Below are positions 59,239 to 64,000 of a stretch of 64,000 nucleotides of DNA, piece by piece. The DNA is taken from assembly GCA_951406725.2 (NCBI GenBank), contig OX597815.1:98952001-99016000 (forward strand), read 5' to 3'. How positions within the stretch are numbered: the stretch's first letter is position 1; each line of letters opens with the position of its first letter. Made by a program: the position numbers and the translations under genes. This DNA comes from Octopus vulgaris (lineage: Eukaryota). The notes under the pieces are model-generated. The model saw only the letters and a list, made by a program, of their open reading frames with translations. It was not told the DNA's origin and did not search any database.

Positions 59239-59920
59239 CATGTATACACATGCGCGCGTGTGTTCGTGTATGAATGTTTGATGTGTACACGTAAATGTGT
59301 TTCAATACGAATCCACTGCTGCTGTCCGCACTTGTGTATTTGTGTGCGTATGCGCGTATGTTTATCTATGCGTATATACAAATGGTGAAGCTATCTATGA
59401 AAGGATTTCTTGATTGAAGCCAAAAATCTATAACGACACATATAATTACGAAGAAAATTTGAATCTTGTTTATGTTGTTAGATCAAAGACGCCGAGTTAG
59501 ACTAATCATTATCTTATGCCTTACAATTATATATCATATGTAATACCTCATAGTGAAATAATGTAATTCTAAGCTTTATATTGTTTAATCAACAAGAATA
59601 TAAGAGAAGAAAAAACAGTGAATAGCGTTGGACAAATTATGTTTAGAGTCTAAATTGACCGAATGTTTATTTCGATACAAAAGATGTTGTGCTTCACATT
59701 TATAATGTAAAAATATATAGATTATTAATCATTGTCTAAAATTTGAAAGCGATTAGTTGCAAAGATGTTGCTATAGTAACATATACAACTGAAGTGTAAA
59801 CTTGCTTGTAAAGTGTAAATATTTGGACGAAAGTATTGTCAACTGGTATAAATAAAATTTGTTTTATTGCATGCATGCATGCATATACTGATATATGCTT
59901 ACATATATATGTACGCATAT

Positions 59921-59963
<43 letters not shown>

Positions 59964-60244
59964 TGTATGTATTTAAAATTAGGAGACATGTATTATTTTA
60001 TTAAGCGCTTCGACACGAAAAGAATAGGATGTTTTGATAAGTGAATATACAGAAATGATTTCAAGAAAATGTGTGAACAAAATGAAATTATATCGAAAAT
60101 TATTATGAAAGTCCTATAAACATATCAACATGGCTAACCAAAACAAAAAGAAGTTTAAAAATAATGGGGACAAAATACCACATAAGTTACGTAGTTAAAT
60201 TCAAAAGAAAATAATCTCTTTTATTCTTTAACTGTAATATCTCA

Positions 60245-60460
60245 CTTGTTTGCAGTCACTGGACAGCGATCAAGCCTGAACATCGCCTTGAAGGGATTAC
60301 TCGATAAAATGGATCCTGTATTTTTTCAAATATGGTACTTATTCTATCGCTCTCTCGCGCCGAAATACTATGACACATGATAGAGTCGATTCAATATCGA
60401 TCCTCAAGCGCTGTTGGAGGTGGGGGGGACAGCCACAGAAAAAAAAATGAACAAACATAT
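60245..60460 (-). mobile_element. Degenerate SINE family A, 3' half
   Basis: catcgccttgaaggg, ggtacttattctatcg and tcaagcg. Confidence 0.6.
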
Positions 60461-60499
60461 ATGACAATGTATATGAAAAGTACATGCTAATTAGCTGGA

Positions 60500-62510
60500 A
60501 TGTTATCTTGAGTTTTTGGTGACAAGTCTCCTCAAATGTTAAAAACCTTTCTTAGGATTCTTGAAGTACATAGGATGCTACTTTTCTGCAGTTCGACAAT
60601 CCGAGTTTTAATTCCTATCTCGTTCAGTCTTTTAGGTAACTTTTTGTACATCAATTACCACTGTAATAATTGCTGTGTTGCTCATTCGTAGTCTCTTCAG
60701 CTCTCTGACCAAATTCTGTTATTTCTCAATTTTTTCCTGTTTCTTCCGTAACGACTCTGCTAACGGAGGGAATTGCAAAATCTGTGATGTTACACTGTTT
60801 CTTTATTTTTTACTCTTTACTCATATCTGGTCTTCTTGGTTCAATAGTTATGGTCGCTCTTTATGGAGACGTCATGTTGTACCACTGATACAGGATTGCT
60901 AGATATGAAGCAGCATACCCCTGTCTTTCCTAAATTCCTAAATTCCTTGCTCTGCCAAGACAAAAAGCTCTTTGTTGAATCAGAAAGTTTATCTCTGTCC
61001 ATCATGTCCAACAAACAATTCAAACGCCCCGCAAATATTCCCAAGACTTCTACTGTTATTCGGATAATATAGTTAGTGCATTTTCAGATTCTCTTTCTTT
61101 TTTCTGTTTGGTATCTAAAATTCTTTCTTCACTAGTCCTGTATCTGATGAGTAAGTAACATAGATTAAACAACAGACTCTTCTTTAGTGAGTACAAAAAC
61201 ATCTTTGATCTGTATTAGGGTTTTGCATAGAGTTTTGGATATATGTATACCATAGTACCTTCACATATAGTTTTTCAAGGACGAGTTCTCGTTTATGGTC
61301 ATACCAAATTTCCAATTGTTCGCAAACAAATTTTTGGTAGATTCACCAGTTTAGGATTGCATGATTATAGCTATTCTGTTCTCATGACTTAACACCCCTC
61401 TGAGCAAGCATTTTACTTTCAAAAGCTGCATGTATAACATCTATTCCTTTTGGCCGCACAATCTAAGTTGTCTTCTATATATATTTCTCATTCCGCTTAA
61501 GTGATCCTCTGTGGCTAAGTTCAAACGCTCAGTCTTTTTTCTTCAAAATTCTCTTAATCCTTCTTAATTACTTTGGGGCTCGATTCCTTTCAATACATTG
61601 AAAAGTATCTTACTGTGTAAACGTTCTGCTCCTATCAATGCTTTCTAACTCATTCACTTACCAATTTCCTTCTTAATTTTATAAAATGCGTTTAACATTA
61701 CCTTCAACAACATACTATCTTAGATTTTGCTTTTTCCTACACACAGGCTTCTATAGTCCTCATTTCTTATTTTCCACATTTTCTAATTGTCAACTTCTGC
61801 TTGTGAGTTAAAATCTTTGTATTTTAAGAGTTGTTTCCTCGTCTATCAATCTATCTCCAGTTTATCTTCCTTTCTACATGTCATTATCCCGTTGTAGTAT
61901 GTGATGATAGATACACGGGTTAAATTTCTGGCCGCGATGTTATCAATGTCCGTGAATTTTGATTTTAGTATCCCCTTTAATTTCCGGAAATATCTTTTCA
62001 ATTTTTGCCATTCGTTATGCCATATCTTATAGCATCAGCCAACCAGCACTCCAAGATATACATACATATCGACAGTTATCTCAACATCATGCATCTTCTC
62101 GATTTATTTCACTGTTTCGTGGAATTTTGCGTTTCTCCTAACATGTATTGGTCACTTGGAAAGACTAAATAACAATTCTAATATTATTGCAAAACACCCT
62201 CATTGTACTTCAAAGTTTTTTAATTCTTTCTCAGTGTAGCTATCTGAATTTAGGTGATCCATGAACAGCAAATGGTTAATTATCTCTCGGACTTTTCCTG
62301 GATTATATACAGCTATTTTGTGTTTTGCAAACCCAGGGAGAGTTGGATGAGAGCCATGATATACGGCAAAAGCAATTGTCTATCACCTTGGAAATAAGGC
62401 GATGTATTTTCGCTACACCAAGTTGGTGTCCTGCTGCTGTTAGTTCCGTTTCCCAATGTTCTATGCTTTACGTTGTAGAACGACACTAAGAACCTTATAA
62501 AATGTGGCTT
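60500..62510 (-). mobile_element. Degenerate R4/Dong-like retrotransposon (RT through RLE C-terminus)
   Basis: Minus strand reads FQGD...MALIQLS and INHLLFMDHL near 62260-62400, and IVELQKSSILCTSRILRKVFNI* near 60530-60600. Many stops and frameshifts. Confidence 0.75.
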
Positions 62511-62877
62511 CTAAAAGACACTGTATTCGTCGAGAATAAAATCCCATAGCTTTATCCACTTGATAATACACACAATCAGACACACACACACATACACACA
62601 AACACATACACACATACACTCACAAATGCACACACACACAAACACAAACACACAAACTCGCGCACACACAATCGTATGCACACGTATAATTATTTGGTAT
62701 TGTTGTTCAACATCTAAGCAACCACAAAAACATACATACACACACAAATATATATATATATATATATATATATGCATGCACACATTCTCATAAATATATG
62801 TAAATACACATTAGTATAAATATACAATTTATACAGAGGTACACATACATATGTATATCTGATTTCATTTTATGTAG

Positions 62878-62946
<69 letters not shown>

Positions 62947-63619
62947 GAGAGAGAGAGAGAAAGCGATTAGGTATGTAAGTGCATACACATGTGTAAGTAT
63001 GTATGTATACACAGAAAGAAAGACAGATATACAGAGAAAAGGCGAGTAGTATCGTACGTATTGTAAGTAATGACAGTACGTATGTCTAAATCGATATCTA
63101 TAAGCAAACTTTGGTGTATGTTTGTGTGTGTACATATAACTCTTTATGTTGCTGTATAATGTTTATATAAATCCTTGTCATATAATCTGTGTGTCCTGTA
63201 GTTATATGTTTGCATGTTTTATCAACGTTGAATCGTGATTTACTAGATATTTCCTAGTTGACTTGCTCTTCATATTTCTTTCGACTTGTTTTCTTACATT
63301 CTTCGATTATGTCACATTTAAAGGTCTCTTCATGAACATCATTCTAGTAAAACCAAAAGTGTACAAGAAAAAAAAAAAACAAAAAAAACAAAACAAAAAG
63401 CGAAATCAAGAAAATTCTCAAAGAATGAAACAAACGTATGAGCAATAACTGAATATCTATTTAGTTCTTTGATTTTCTTTTTGTTTGTATTTTGTTATTT
63501 GTGTGTGTGTGATATCTTCTGATTTTTGATTTTTGTTGAACGTAAAAGTAGTTATTTAACACGATATATATTTTTATATATTCACTTATTCTTTATGTCA
63601 CTGTTTTGTGTTCATATAT

Positions 63620-63735
63620 TACCTCCAGTTATACACATACACAAACATATATGCATACATACATATAGGCATATATGTATGTGAGGGTGTGTGTATATAT
63701 ATACATATATATATATATATGTGTGTGTGTATGGA

Positions 63736-63787
<52 letters not shown>

Positions 63788-63918
63788 TATATTTTGATTG
63801 TATATATATATGACCATGCATATATATCCATTACTATGATATATATATATAGACATACATATAGACATATATATATATATATACATACACACACGCACAC
63901 ACACACATACACACACAT

Positions 63919-63950
<32 letters not shown>
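63620..63950. repeat. TA/CA/TG simple repeat cluster
   Basis: Directly visible. Confidence 0.9.
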
Positions 63951-63951
<1 letters not shown>

Positions 63952-64000
63952 ATATAGGACATATATTTAAATATATATTTAGCTATACATGTATGCATAT

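Overview
This is AT-rich, microsatellite-saturated animal genomic DNA, either intergenic or intronic. The SINE and repeat repertoire strongly resembles an Octopus genome, but that is inferred from recognition and not database-checked. No host protein-coding gene can be supported with confidence, and almost all ORFs in the track are translations of simple repeats. Recognisable content: two tRNA-headed SINE families in many copies; four R4/Dong-like non-LTR retrotransposon pieces, one near-intact over 2.1 kb inside (TAA)n; RTE LINE fragments; Penelope-like (PLE) RT and GIY-YIG fragments; Tc1/mariner relics and MITEs; and a Chapaev3-like relic. The most interesting signal is a set of short, mostly mutually dissimilar inserts, usually in or beside (TA)n tracts. 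They carry minimal hammerhead-ribozyme (HHR) motifs with palindromic stem III, best at 42054-42100 and 45794-45874. Several are fold-back palindromes with both arms pointing outward, the same geometry as the PLE RT element at 53182-54960. This suggests a population of non-autonomous, PLE-mobilised, retrozyme-like elements.
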